A stretch of DNA of 32,764 bases. Origin: Elusimicrobiota bacterium (GTDB taxonomy: Bacteria > Elusimicrobiota > Endomicrobiia > Endomicrobiales > JBDRNC01). Each line of letters starts with the position of its first letter. Within the stretch, counting starts at the first letter, position 1. This document shows positions 8,988 through 18,149 of this stretch, in pieces. Where the stretch lies: assembly GCA_043811535.1 (NCBI GenBank), contig JBDRNC010000031.1, positions 1-32,764 on the forward strand, read 5' to 3'. Position numbers and translations under genes: made by a program. The notes under the pieces are model-generated. The model was not told the origin of the DNA. It did not search any database and was given only the letters and a program-made list of their open reading frames with translations.

Positions 8988-9542
8988 ATGAATATGGAAC
9001 TTTTTCTTAACCTGCTTGTAAATCCAAAACTGATACTTTCAGAAATAAGGCCCAGAAGCAGCTGGCTGATATCAATCGCGGTTATGTTTCTCGCGTGCTC
9101 GTCCCTGATAATGGGCAACTTCATCGCGTACGGGCGGGACGGCGGATTGTGGCAGTGGCTGGTTAACTCAACATTGTTCGCCGTGCTGAGTATCTTTATT
9201 GTGTATTTCTACCTGCCGCTCATACACGCGCTCGCCGAAAGGTTCATGCCTCAAAGCCGGGTTTCTGACCTGCTGGTCTACGCCGGATTCAGTTTCGCGC
9301 CGCTGCTGCTGGCATTTCCGCTGGCAATGCTGCTGTCCGTTTCACGCAGCGGGCCGCTGATCTATTCGCTTCTTTCCATTATACTGTTCTTCAGGATCAT
9401 CGGGAACATCTCGGCGGGCGTCAGGGACAACTATAACATCAGCCCGGGCAGAGCCGCGTGGTACACTATCCTGCCTTCATTGCTCATATTCATATTCCCT
9501 GTTATCTTTGCCGTCCTGTCATTAATGCTTTATTATGATTAG
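8988..9542 (+). CDS. Yip1-like integral membrane protein
   Basis: About 5 hydrophobic helices and an N-terminal LLVNP motif typical of Yip1 domains. Confidence 0.6.
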   Translation: MNMELFLNLLVNPKLILSEIRPRSSWLISIAVMFLACSSLIMGNFIAYGRDGGLWQWLVNSTLFAVLSIFIVYFYLPLIHALAERFMPQSRVSDLLVYAGFSFAPLLLAFPLAMLLSVSRSGPLIYSLLSIILFFRIIGNISAGVRDNYNISPGRAAWYTILPSLLIFIFPVIFAVLSLMLYYD

Positions 9543-10416
9543 CCGCAAAGAACGGATTGAAAAGCTCTACACACTCCTGAATCCCTGCCGTTTATGCCCG
9601 CACGCGTGCGGCATCGACCGTTTTGCTTCGGCAATGGGCCGGTGCGGCTCGGGCAAAAACATCCTGATATCAAGTTCCAACCTCCATTTCGGCGAAGAAC
9701 CGCCCGTATCCGGTTTTAAGGGCTCGGGCACGATATTTTTCACTAACTGCAACCTCTCTTGCGTCTTCTGCCAGAACTACCCCATAAGCCAGCTCAGGAA
9801 CGGCAACCCGGCTACTGTCGGGGAACTCGCGGAAAAAATGCTTGACCTCCAGAAACAGGGGGCGCATAATATCAATTTTGTCACACCGACCCATTTCGCG
9901 CCCCAGATCGTTGAAGCGGTCTATATTGCGCGCGACGCCGGCCTGAATATCCCGCTCGTTTATAACTGCGGGGGATACGAAGCAGTCGGGACGCTGGAAC
10001 TTCTTGAAGGAATAATAGACATCTACATGCCCGACGCGAAATATTCCGACGCTGGCAAGTCCCAAAAATATTCTTCGGCGCCGAATTACTGGACAGTTAA
10101 CAAAAAAGCGCTGAAAGAAATGCACAGGCAGGCCGGGAATCTAGAGGTTGACGACAAAGGCGTCGCCAGGAAAGGACTGCTTATACGCCACCTTGTCCTT
10201 CCGAACGATATTTCGGGAAGCAGCGAAGTGCTGGAATTCATCGCAAAAGAGCTGTCCCCTGACACCTATGTCAGCATAATGTCGCAATATCATCCGGCGA
10301 ACAAAACAGATATGTTCCCGGAACTGTCACGAAAAGTGTCAGCCAGGGAATACAACAGGGTTGTCAAGCTGGCGGAGAATCTGGGCTTGGATAAAGGCTG
10401 GATACAAGAATTATAG
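9535..10416 (+). CDS. PflX-like radical SAM protein
   Basis: CRLCPHAC, HFGEEPP, GSGTIFF, CNLSCVFCQNY, NINFVTPTH, RHLVLP, MSQYHP motifs. Confidence 0.9.
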   Translation: MISRKERIEKLYTLLNPCRLCPHACGIDRFASAMGRCGSGKNILISSSNLHFGEEPPVSGFKGSGTIFFTNCNLSCVFCQNYPISQLRNGNPATVGELAEKMLDLQKQGAHNINFVTPTHFAPQIVEAVYIARDAGLNIPLVYNCGGYEAVGTLELLEGIIDIYMPDAKYSDAGKSQKYSSAPNYWTVNKKALKEMHRQAGNLEVDDKGVARKGLLIRHLVLPNDISGSSEVLEFIAKELSPDTYVSIMSQYHPANKTDMFPELSRKVSAREYNRVVKLAENLGLDKGWIQEL

Positions 10417-10421
10417 ACGGA

Positions 10422-10610
10422 TGAAGGAAGAATGAAGAAGGAAGCTAAAAGATGGAAGTCAGAAAATTGAAGACGGAAGTAAAGACACGGAATATTTTGT
10501 AGAATAATAATGAAAATAAGTTTTGAATTTCAAAAATTCTTCCAACTTCGCACTTCCTTCTTCTTTCTTATTATTTCTTCCGTCTTCCATCTTCCGTCTT
10601 CGTTCTTTCT
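10422..10610. repeat. Heptamer inverted-repeat element (GAAGGAA/CTTCCTT family) between convergent genes
   Basis: gaaggaa gaatgaa gaaggaa ... cttcctt cttcttt ... cttccgt cttccat cttccgt. Overlaps the 3' end of the minus-strand CDS. Confidence 0.55.
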
Positions 10611-12196
10611 TGAGCGTATACCCAGTCTTTCAGCGCTTTCGCGCGCAGCGAGTGCGGAGCTAAGTTAAATGAAAGGCGGGCTTCTTCCCTGACCATCCAG
10701 TAGGGATACTGCTTGAGATATTCGCAATTCCCAGGATAATTCGGCCTTATAAAACGACAGCCGTAATTCTTAATGAGTTTTTTGTTCGCGGGCACGTCTT
10801 TCAGGTAAATGAGAGCCCCGTCATCCCAGTAAACCAGTATCCAATCCTTCCGTTCATCCAGAACCTTGCATGAATAATAGCTTTCCTGGGGAATTATCGC
10901 CGCGGTGAATCCGTATTCCTTTTCAAGTTTGTTCCATATTTCCGGGTTCCAGAAATAAAACGACTGCTCGACGAATTTAGCGCCGTATTCCACAAGGCGT
11001 CCGTCGATGAAGACCTTTTCGTCCGGATAAAACTTCCATATTAGATACCCGCCGATGTCATAATCGTTGAAAAGCGGGCCTTTTATCCCGTTCCTTTTCA
11101 TGAAATCAGCCGCGTATCTCGCCCTGTGCGCGTCGCCGAGCCCAAAAGAGTATTTGCCCGCCGCGTCAAACGCTTTTGCGCCCGCCCACAAAACCGCAGC
11201 CAATACAACGCCGAATATGTACGGAAAAAGCGGATTTCCATGCAGCCGGCCCGGCACCTTCAAACGATCCTTCATTCCGGCGAGAGCCCCGCATACTGCC
11301 GGCAATGAAATAAGGACAAATACCGGGATATTCCTTATCGCCGCCAGCGAGCCGGCCGCCCCGAACAGCACGATAAGGGCGTCCCTGAATGATTCCGTAT
11401 CTTTTCCGCCCGAAGAGAAGAAGTCAACGAGTAATTTCACGAATACTACCCCTGCCAGGATCAGAAACACGCAGTAAGGGATATAAGAAACTGACAACGC
11501 GGGGGGATGATATTCAAGTATGAGCCGGTTAAACCCGTCCCTGAAAAATATTATGAAATACTCGAAGATCTTATACCCGTGCGGCGTGATGAATGCCGCG
11601 GCCGCGGTCCCGAAAAACAGCACCGCTTTTCTTTCGGCGTTCAACGCTTCGTCGAACATCACATACAGCGCCGTTAAGCCGACGCCTATCAGGGAAGCCG
11701 GACCGTGCATGTTCGCCCAGAATACCTGCATCAGGGGAATAACAAAAAGCGGTTTTGTCTTTTTCCTGAATTCATAGGTGTAGGCGGCGGCAAAAAAGTA
11801 GGTGAAGAGCTGGGGCCTTTCGCGCAGGCCGTCCCGCAGAACAAGGAAGGCAAGCGCCGCAATCGCGGCATTAATATATGGATTTCTTTCTTTGCAGGAT
11901 CTCAAAACGATAAAAAATATCAGCGACGCGGCAAGCGCCTTGAATACCGTAAGTCCGGACAGCCCGGAAGCCCAGTAAACGCAATACAGCAGTGTTTGCG
12001 CCAGCCATTCAAAAGCCAGCCACGGTTTTCCGTATATTGTATAGGAAAAAATGTCTGTTGACGGGATTGTCAGGTTCTTGAGGATATATTCGCCGGTTTT
12101 CAGGTGCCACCAGACATCGTTGTCAGTGATCCTGAAAATACTCAAGGCAAAAACCATCGCCAGCAGAACGCCGTAGAGAATGTGCTTTGTTTTCAT
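10571..12196 (-). CDS. Multi-pass membrane protein, GT-C-fold glycosyltransferase-like
   Basis: DNDVWWHLKTGEYI, EWL, RPQ, WANMHG, RN, FNDYDIGGYL and FIDGR motifs of a widespread uncharacterised family. The GT-C assignment is inference. Confidence 0.75.
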   Translation of the reverse strand: MKTKHILYGVLLAMVFALSIFRITDNDVWWHLKTGEYILKNLTIPSTDIFSYTIYGKPWLAFEWLAQTLLYCVYWASGLSGLTVFKALAASLIFFIVLRSCKERNPYINAAIAALAFLVLRDGLRERPQLFTYFFAAAYTYEFRKKTKPLFVIPLMQVFWANMHGPASLIGVGLTALYVMFDEALNAERKAVLFFGTAAAAFITPHGYKIFEYFIIFFRDGFNRLILEYHPPALSVSYIPYCVFLILAGVVFVKLLVDFFSSGGKDTESFRDALIVLFGAAGSLAAIRNIPVFVLISLPAVCGALAGMKDRLKVPGRLHGNPLFPYIFGVVLAAVLWAGAKAFDAAGKYSFGLGDAHRARYAADFMKRNGIKGPLFNDYDIGGYLIWKFYPDEKVFIDGRLVEYGAKFVEQSFYFWNPEIWNKLEKEYGFTAAIIPQESYYSCKVLDERKDWILVYWDDGALIYLKDVPANKKLIKNYGCRFIRPNYPGNCEYLKQYPYWMVREEARLSFNLAPHSLRAKALKDWVYAQERTKTEDGRRKK

Positions 12197-12272
12197 GCCA
12201 ATATGATACCATAAAAACGGTATCCGGTAAACGGCAATCGGTTTAAACAGCTGAAACTCGTTTTTTCTTCCT

Positions 12273-12301
12273 TTGACACGATAACCAGTATGTGATAAGA
12301 T
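12273..12301 (+). promoter_or_regulatory. Sigma70 promoter for the PLD gene
   Basis: TTGACA-17 bp-TAAGAT with TG extension. ATG lies 9 nt downstream. Confidence 0.65.
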
Positions 12302-12310
12302 TGAATTGTT

Positions 12311-13315
12311 ATGAAGAAGTTTTTAATTATATTTTCAGCGCTTGTTCTTGCGGTTCAAATCGCGTCCGCGGATTCGTGCGGTGTTGTTCCCGTAATCAAC
12401 AGAGAGTTTGAGAATGCCTATATTAACATGATTGATTCTGCCGAGGAATCGGTTTGCATGGCTTATCTGTATATCAACCGGGACGCCGCGACTGAAAAAG
12501 TAAAACAGGCGCTCGCGAGGGCCGTTGAAAGAAAAGTCAAAGTCCGTATAATCCTTGAAGACTCCATACCGGACAACGCAAAAGCCGCGAAGGAGCTGAA
12601 TTCTCTGGGCGCGGAGGCAAAACTGGACTCGCCCGGCGCCCAGATCCACTGCAAGCTGACGGTCGTGGACGGCAAAAAAGTATTGATCGGTTCTACGAAC
12701 ATGAGCGCTAAATCCATCAACGAGAACAATGAAACGAACATCGCGCTTTATTGTCCGGGCGCGGCCGGATACTTCGCCGGATATTTTGACGGGCTATGGA
12801 ACAACCGAGGCAAGAACCATAAAATCAATTACAGGCAGAGTGAATGCCCTAAAGTGGTCCCGCTCACCGATAGGCAGTATTTCCGCGGCGCGAGGAACCT
12901 TATACTCAACGCCAGGTCTAAAATCGGCTTGATTGTCTACAACTGCAGGTACTACCCTAAAGGCAATTTTAATCCCGAGAACGACCTGTTGAACGCCCTC
13001 TGTTCAATGGCCCGCGGCGGGAAGGATGTAAGGGTTATCCTGGAAAATAGCGATTTTGACGAAGAAGTGAACAGGAGTAACGCCGAATCGGCGGAGTTCC
13101 TGAAAAGCAGCGGGGTAAAAGTCCGATTTGATTCAAGAAAGACAATCACTCACGCAAAACTGCTTCTGGCGGACGGCAACGCGGTTATCGGTTCTTCCAA
13201 CTGGGGGATGGCGGCGTATTCAAAGAACTACGAAACAAACGTTGCGTTAATGGGCTCACCCGTTGCGGACACCTATTGGAAATATTTTGACGGCCTGTGG
13301 GAACAATGCGAATGA
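12311..13315 (+). CDS. Secreted phospholipase D/nuclease superfamily protein with two HKD motifs
   Basis: Signal peptide (ASA), HCKLTVVD..GSTN and HAKLLLAD..GSSN. Confidence 0.9.
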   Translation: MKKFLIIFSALVLAVQIASADSCGVVPVINREFENAYINMIDSAEESVCMAYLYINRDAATEKVKQALARAVERKVKVRIILEDSIPDNAKAAKELNSLGAEAKLDSPGAQIHCKLTVVDGKKVLIGSTNMSAKSINENNETNIALYCPGAAGYFAGYFDGLWNNRGKNHKINYRQSECPKVVPLTDRQYFRGARNLILNARSKIGLIVYNCRYYPKGNFNPENDLLNALCSMARGGKDVRVILENSDFDEEVNRSNAESAEFLKSSGVKVRFDSRKTITHAKLLLADGNAVIGSSNWGMAAYSKNYETNVALMGSPVADTYWKYFDGLWEQCE

Positions 13316-13369
13316 ATTCATCATCAGGAATTTGTAATCTGTAATTTGGCAATTGACATGGAGGGTTTT

Positions 13370-14167
13370 ATGATACGCAAAGCTGTCTATTCGGGGACAT
13401 GGTATCCTTCGGGAAAAAAAGAAATCGAGGCCTTTATTATCCCCGACGCGAAAAAACAGAAATCCGTCGCAGCGTTCTGCCCTCACGCGGGCTGGGTGTA
13501 TTCCGGGAAAGTGGCGGGGGAGGTTTTCTCGTCGATTGAACCAGTGAAACTATATATTCTCATAGGCCCTAACCACCGCGGCATGGGAGCGCCCGTCGGC
13601 ATCTGGAGCGAAGGCGCGTGGATGACGCCGCTCGGTGAACTTGAGATAGAAGACAAGGTCGCGAAAGCGATATTGAAGAAATCAAATACCGCGCGCTCCG
13701 ATTTCCTTTCGCACGCGCAGGAGCATTCCCTTGAGGTCCAACTGCCCTTCATAAAATACTTCAGCCCCGGCGCGAAAATAGTTCCAGTATCGCTGGCGGA
13801 TTACAGCCCCGCAACATGCAGGGAACTCGGCGAGGCGGCAGCCGCGGCGATAAAAGAAAACGGATTCACGGATGACGCCGTTATCGTCGCGTCAACGGAT
13901 ATGAGCCATTATGTGAGCGCGGAACAGGCGAAAAAGTCGGATAACCTGGCCATACGCAAGATTCTGGACATTGACCCGAAAGGTCTGCTTGAAACTGTGA
14001 AGCAGAACGATATATCTATGTGCGGCTCGGGGCCGGCGGCGGCGGCGCTCTGGGCGGCAAAAATACTCGGTGCGAAAAGCTCCAAACTTATCCGCTACTC
14101 GACTTCGGGAGACGTCACCGGAGACAGCAGCGAAGTTGTCGGTTACGCCGGAATTATTGTGTATTGA
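13370..14167 (+). CDS. amrB: MEMO1 family (AmmeMemoRadiSam protein B)
   Basis: GTWYP, PHAGWVYSG, GPNH, EHSLEVQLPF, STDMSHY, MCG, VVGYAG motifs. GGAGGG RBS before ATG 13370. Confidence 0.92.
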   Translation: MIRKAVYSGTWYPSGKKEIEAFIIPDAKKQKSVAAFCPHAGWVYSGKVAGEVFSSIEPVKLYILIGPNHRGMGAPVGIWSEGAWMTPLGELEIEDKVAKAILKKSNTARSDFLSHAQEHSLEVQLPFIKYFSPGAKIVPVSLADYSPATCRELGEAAAAAIKENGFTDDAVIVASTDMSHYVSAEQAKKSDNLAIRKILDIDPKGLLETVKQNDISMCGSGPAAAALWAAKILGAKSSKLIRYSTSGDVTGDSSEVVGYAGIIVY

Positions 14168-14240
14168 CGCTGTTTTTTCTGTAGACCGGCACTTAAGTGC
14201 CAATCTTCTAATGTAAAGCTGTTTTTGGTATAATATCAAT

Positions 14241-14618
14241 ATGAAAGAGATAATATTTTCGGCTATTCTCACGCTTTTCCTCGGTCCGGGCGTGGGACAT
14301 CTGTACCTGAAACGCTGGAAAAAGGGAACCATGTTCATCGCAGCCGCCCTGGGACTGCTTATTCTGCTTGCCTGGCGTTTCATAACAAGCATAAAACGGG
14401 AAGCGTGGGATTCCATTATGGCGCTCAGCCAGCAGGACCTGATGACGCAACAACTTACCGAGATGTACAATAACTTCACCCAGTCTTATTCAAGTTTTAT
14501 CTTCTATTACGACCTGATTTTCGCGGGTATTTGGGCTTACGCGCTTATCGACGGCTTTATAATCGCGCGTTCGCTTATGCCCTCGCGGAAACAAAACGAC
14601 CCGTCCGATAATACCTAA
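14241..14618 (+). CDS. Hypothetical membrane protein
   Basis: PGVGHLYLKRWKKG motif and 2-3 TM segments. TGgTATAAT lies 6 nt before the ATG. Confidence 0.75.
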   Translation: MKEIIFSAILTLFLGPGVGHLYLKRWKKGTMFIAAALGLLILLAWRFITSIKREAWDSIMALSQQDLMTQQLTEMYNNFTQSYSSFIFYYDLIFAGIWAYALIDGFIIARSLMPSRKQNDPSDNT

Positions 14619-14619
14619 A

Positions 14620-15264
14620 ATGAAATCAGTCACTTCAGCCGAAATGAGGGAAATCGACCGGCGCGCGACCGAAGAGTTCGGCGTCGCAAGCCGGACCCTT
14701 ATGGAAAACGCCGGCAAAGCGGTAGCCGACGCCGCCGAATCCATCGCAAAAAGCTCCGTCAATAAGAGGATACTTGTCTTATGCGGACCGGGCAATAACG
14801 GCGGCGACGGGCTGGTGGCCGCGAGATATCTCCAAAACCGCGGGTACAAGGTAAAGGTATTGCTCATAAAGGAGCCGGGCGCTTTTAAAGGCGATACCCT
14901 TGAGAATTACAAACTTGCCGAAAACCTTTGGCTGGACATGCATGTTTTCGGAGATTCCACGATTTTCCGCGATTATGACGTAGTAATCGACGCGCTGCTT
15001 GGAACCGGAACGAAAGGGGAGATTGCGGGCGCGTATAAACTCGCGATAGATTACATAAACTCTTCCGGCGTTCCCGTCGTTTCCGTTGATATACCTTCGG
15101 GCCTTGACGCCGATACCGGCATGGTTTTTGGAACGGCTGTCAAAGCGCAAATCACCGTGACGATGGCTCTTCCAAAAAAAGGTTTTGAGAATCCGGAGGC
15201 AGCGCAGTATTTGGGAAAACTGATTATAGCCGACATAGGAATACCTGAAGAACTCCTCAAATAA
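14620..15264 (+). CDS. nnrE: NAD(P)H-hydrate epimerase (stand-alone YjeF_N)
   Basis: LMENAG, CGPGNNGGDG, DALLGTG, DIPSG, ADIGIP motifs. Confidence 0.93.
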   Translation: MKSVTSAEMREIDRRATEEFGVASRTLMENAGKAVADAAESIAKSSVNKRILVLCGPGNNGGDGLVAARYLQNRGYKVKVLLIKEPGAFKGDTLENYKLAENLWLDMHVFGDSTIFRDYDVVIDALLGTGTKGEIAGAYKLAIDYINSSGVPVVSVDIPSGLDADTGMVFGTAVKAQITVTMALPKKGFENPEAAQYLGKLIIADIGIPEELLK

Positions 15265-15373
15265 AGACGTTGACGGTTGACAGTTGACGGATGACAGGAA
15301 AAACACATCTTTTTCTGTTAACTTTCTACTGTCATATGTCGGCGTTTTTTTGCTATAATAATCTCAAATAACT

Positions 15374-16681
15374 ATGAAAAACACGCTGATTTTATCGCTA
15401 ATATTATTTTTTGCGGCCCCAACCGCTTTTACGGACAACTCCATCTGGAAAGGAACTGAAAAAGTGAAACTAGAAAACGGCCTTACCGTGCTATTGAAAG
15501 AAGACCATAACCAGCCGATCGTGACCGCGCAGGTCTGGGTCAAAGCGGGCTCCATTTATGAAAACCCGAAAACGTACGGCCTCTCGCACTTTCTTGAACA
15601 CCTGATTTTTAAGGGCACTAAAAATTATCCGGGGGATATGATCAGCAGGACTGTAGAAACCCGGGGCGGGTATATCAACGCCGCGACTTCAAAAGAGTTC
15701 ACGGAATATTACATAGACATTCAGAAGGACACGCATGAAGAAGCCGTCAGGATTCTTGCCGACGCAGTGTCCGGCGCAGTATTTCCGCCGGAAGAAATAG
15801 AGAAGGAAAGGCTTGTCGTGCTTGAAGAGATAAACAGGCATGAAGATAATCCTGAAGGCTCTCTTTTTGATGCTTTCAGCGACGCGGTCCATCAGGCAAC
15901 CGCTTACAAAAGCAGGGTCATAGGCTCGGCAGATGTGATCAGAAACGTTTCAAGACAGGAAATAATCGATTATTACCGGGCCTTTTATATTCCTGACAAC
16001 ATGGTCCTCTCGGTCATGGGTGATTTTGACACGCAAAAACTTCTGGGGCTTATTAAAGAGACTTTCGGCGCGCTGAAAAGCGGCCCCAGCCAGGCGGAGC
16101 CGCGGCTGACGGAACCGGCGCACGAACCCGTCATTATACGCAAAGAAAAAAAAGTCGCGTACACTTATTGGATAGGCGGATTTTTAGGGCCCGAGATCAG
16201 CGACACCAAGGACATGATGACCGCGGATGTTGTCTCGTCAATACTCGTGGGAGGACGGTCAGCCAGGCTTTACAGGAAAATACGGGAGGAAAAACGCCTT
16301 GTATATTCCATCGGCGGGTCTTTCTGGTCCATGAGGGGAAACGGGGTCATGTACCTTATCGCGCTGATGCCTCCTGAAAATGAGAAAAAGGCTATCTCAG
16401 CAGTGACAAAAGAGATAGAGATATTGAGAGATAAAGGCCCGACGGACGCGGAGCTGAAGCGTGTGAAAGAGATGACAAAGTCGTCGTGGTATTTCGGCCT
16501 TGAATCATACCACGGGCAGGCGTCCTTGATGGCATACTGGTACCTGCTCGGTAATCCGGACTTCATAGACCGGTACATCGAAAGCATAGAAAAAACGACG
16601 AAACAGGACGTGCAGGAATTCCTGAAAAAATATTACGCGAACGGCCTTAACCAGGCCGTATTGTTTCCTGAGAAAGATTAA
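15374..16681 (+). CDS. M16 zinc peptidase, catalytic subunit, exported
   Basis: Signal peptide, LENGL, inverted zincin HFLEH, NAAT, downstream EE ligand. Confidence 0.92.
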   Translation: MKNTLILSLILFFAAPTAFTDNSIWKGTEKVKLENGLTVLLKEDHNQPIVTAQVWVKAGSIYENPKTYGLSHFLEHLIFKGTKNYPGDMISRTVETRGGYINAATSKEFTEYYIDIQKDTHEEAVRILADAVSGAVFPPEEIEKERLVVLEEINRHEDNPEGSLFDAFSDAVHQATAYKSRVIGSADVIRNVSRQEIIDYYRAFYIPDNMVLSVMGDFDTQKLLGLIKETFGALKSGPSQAEPRLTEPAHEPVIIRKEKKVAYTYWIGGFLGPEISDTKDMMTADVVSSILVGGRSARLYRKIREEKRLVYSIGGSFWSMRGNGVMYLIALMPPENEKKAISAVTKEIEILRDKGPTDAELKRVKEMTKSSWYFGLESYHGQASLMAYWYLLGNPDFIDRYIESIEKTTKQDVQEFLKKYYANGLNQAVLFPEKD

Positions 16682-16686
16682 CACCA

Positions 16687-16807
16687 ATTACAAATTACAG
16701 ACAACTTCACATTAAATATTTAATGGAGTCCCGCAAAGCGGGGCTACATATTACAGATTGAAAACTTAATGTTGTTAATTTGTAATCTGTAATTTGTAAT
16801 CTGTAAT
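16687..16807 (+). repeat. ~120-bp composite element (ATTACAA/ATTACAG heptamer arms plus REP core), copy 1
   Basis: Near-identical reverse-complement copy at 22857-22978. Confidence 0.85.
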
Positions 16808-16818
16808 TACTCAGATAT

Positions 16819-18129
16819 ATGAAAACAATAAAAAAAGCGTTAATTTCATCAATAACGATCCTGCTAATTGCGGGCGCGAATGTGTTTGGAGGAACGGTGA
16901 ATACTTTCAATCTGTCCAACGGCATCAAGGTAATCCAAAAAGAAGACTCCAGAAATCCGCTTGTCACGGTCCACGTATTCTTGCGGAGCGGGATCGCGAA
17001 CGAAACTGAAAAGCAGGCCGGCCTTTCGTCTTTCACCCAGCTTTTAATGATCAAAGGCACAAAAACCAGGAACGCGGAAAAACTCGGAATTGAAATAGAA
17101 GACATCGGCGCCAGCATATCTTCCGACGTCGACTATGATTTTACGAGCGTGGGCATTTCCCTGATGAGCTCCTATTTCGGAAAGGGGATCGAGCTGCTGT
17201 CGGATATCGTGTTCAATCCCGCTTTTGATAAGAAAGAGATCGAAAAAGAGCGTCTAAACGTGCTCGCCGGGCTCAAGGGCCGCCAGGACCATATTTTTGA
17301 AGTCGCGAACGACGAGTTTAATAGTAGGTTCTACGGGAATCATCCCTACTCATGGAACGAATCCGGAAAATCTGAAACAGTGTCGGCGTTCAAAAGAGAA
17401 GATTTCGTGAAATGGCACGGCATCTACTATGTCCCCGGAAATATTTTCATGGTCATAGCCGGCGACGTCAACCAGAAAACCGCGAAGGAATTTGCAGAGA
17501 AATATTTCGGGGGAATTAAAAATACCGGCGGTTTTTCGCCGTCCGCCGCGCCGCAAGTCCGGGAGCCGGCACCCAAAAAAGACGTTATCGCGACCTCTAA
17601 ATTCCAGCAGGCGTATTACATGATAGGTTTTCCGGCGCCCGCCCTGGGGCAGCCCGATTACGCTACGCTTAAAGTAATAAACGCGATGCTTGGCTCCAGG
17701 ATGAGCGGAAGGCTTTTCACCGAATTAAGAGAGAAGCTCAGCCTCGCCTACGAGGTCAATTCATTCTATCCGTCCAGAAAACAGTTAAGCCGGTTCACGG
17801 TTTATCTCGGACTTCAAAAGAAAAACCTGAAACTTGCCGAAACAAGAACCATGGAGATATTGGATGACCTTAGGAATAGCCCCGTTCAGGAGGAAGAACT
17901 CCAGGATACCAAAAACTACATCAAGGGAATCTTTCTGCTGGACCATCAGACGATCTCGCGCCAGGCGTGGTACCTGGGATGGTGGGAAGCCATGGGAATG
18001 GGCTACGATTACGACGAAAAATACCTTCAAAGCCTCTTGAGCGTTTCAACCGCCGACATACAGAATACCGCGAAAAAGTATTTCAATGAAAAATTTGTAC
18101 AGATAGAACTGGTTCCGGAACAACAGTGA
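16819..18129 (+). CDS. M16 family non-catalytic partner subunit
   Basis: M16 fold (LSNGI, GTKTR, GRLFTELREKLSLAY) with HxxEH replaced by SFTQL. Retains the C-terminal R/Y pair. Confidence 0.88.
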   Translation: MKTIKKALISSITILLIAGANVFGGTVNTFNLSNGIKVIQKEDSRNPLVTVHVFLRSGIANETEKQAGLSSFTQLLMIKGTKTRNAEKLGIEIEDIGASISSDVDYDFTSVGISLMSSYFGKGIELLSDIVFNPAFDKKEIEKERLNVLAGLKGRQDHIFEVANDEFNSRFYGNHPYSWNESGKSETVSAFKREDFVKWHGIYYVPGNIFMVIAGDVNQKTAKEFAEKYFGGIKNTGGFSPSAAPQVREPAPKKDVIATSKFQQAYYMIGFPAPALGQPDYATLKVINAMLGSRMSGRLFTELREKLSLAYEVNSFYPSRKQLSRFTVYLGLQKKNLKLAETRTMEILDDLRNSPVQEEELQDTKNYIKGIFLLDHQTISRQAWYLGWWEAMGMGYDYDEKYLQSLLSVSTADIQNTAKKYFNEKFVQIELVPEQQ

Positions 18130-18149
18130 TGAGTTATGAGTTGTGAGTT

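Noticed and set aside
9535..14167. Complete AmmeMemoRadiSam system
   Set aside because: Only the MEMO1 component is present. The nearby radical SAM is PflX-like and no AMMECR1 gene is seen.
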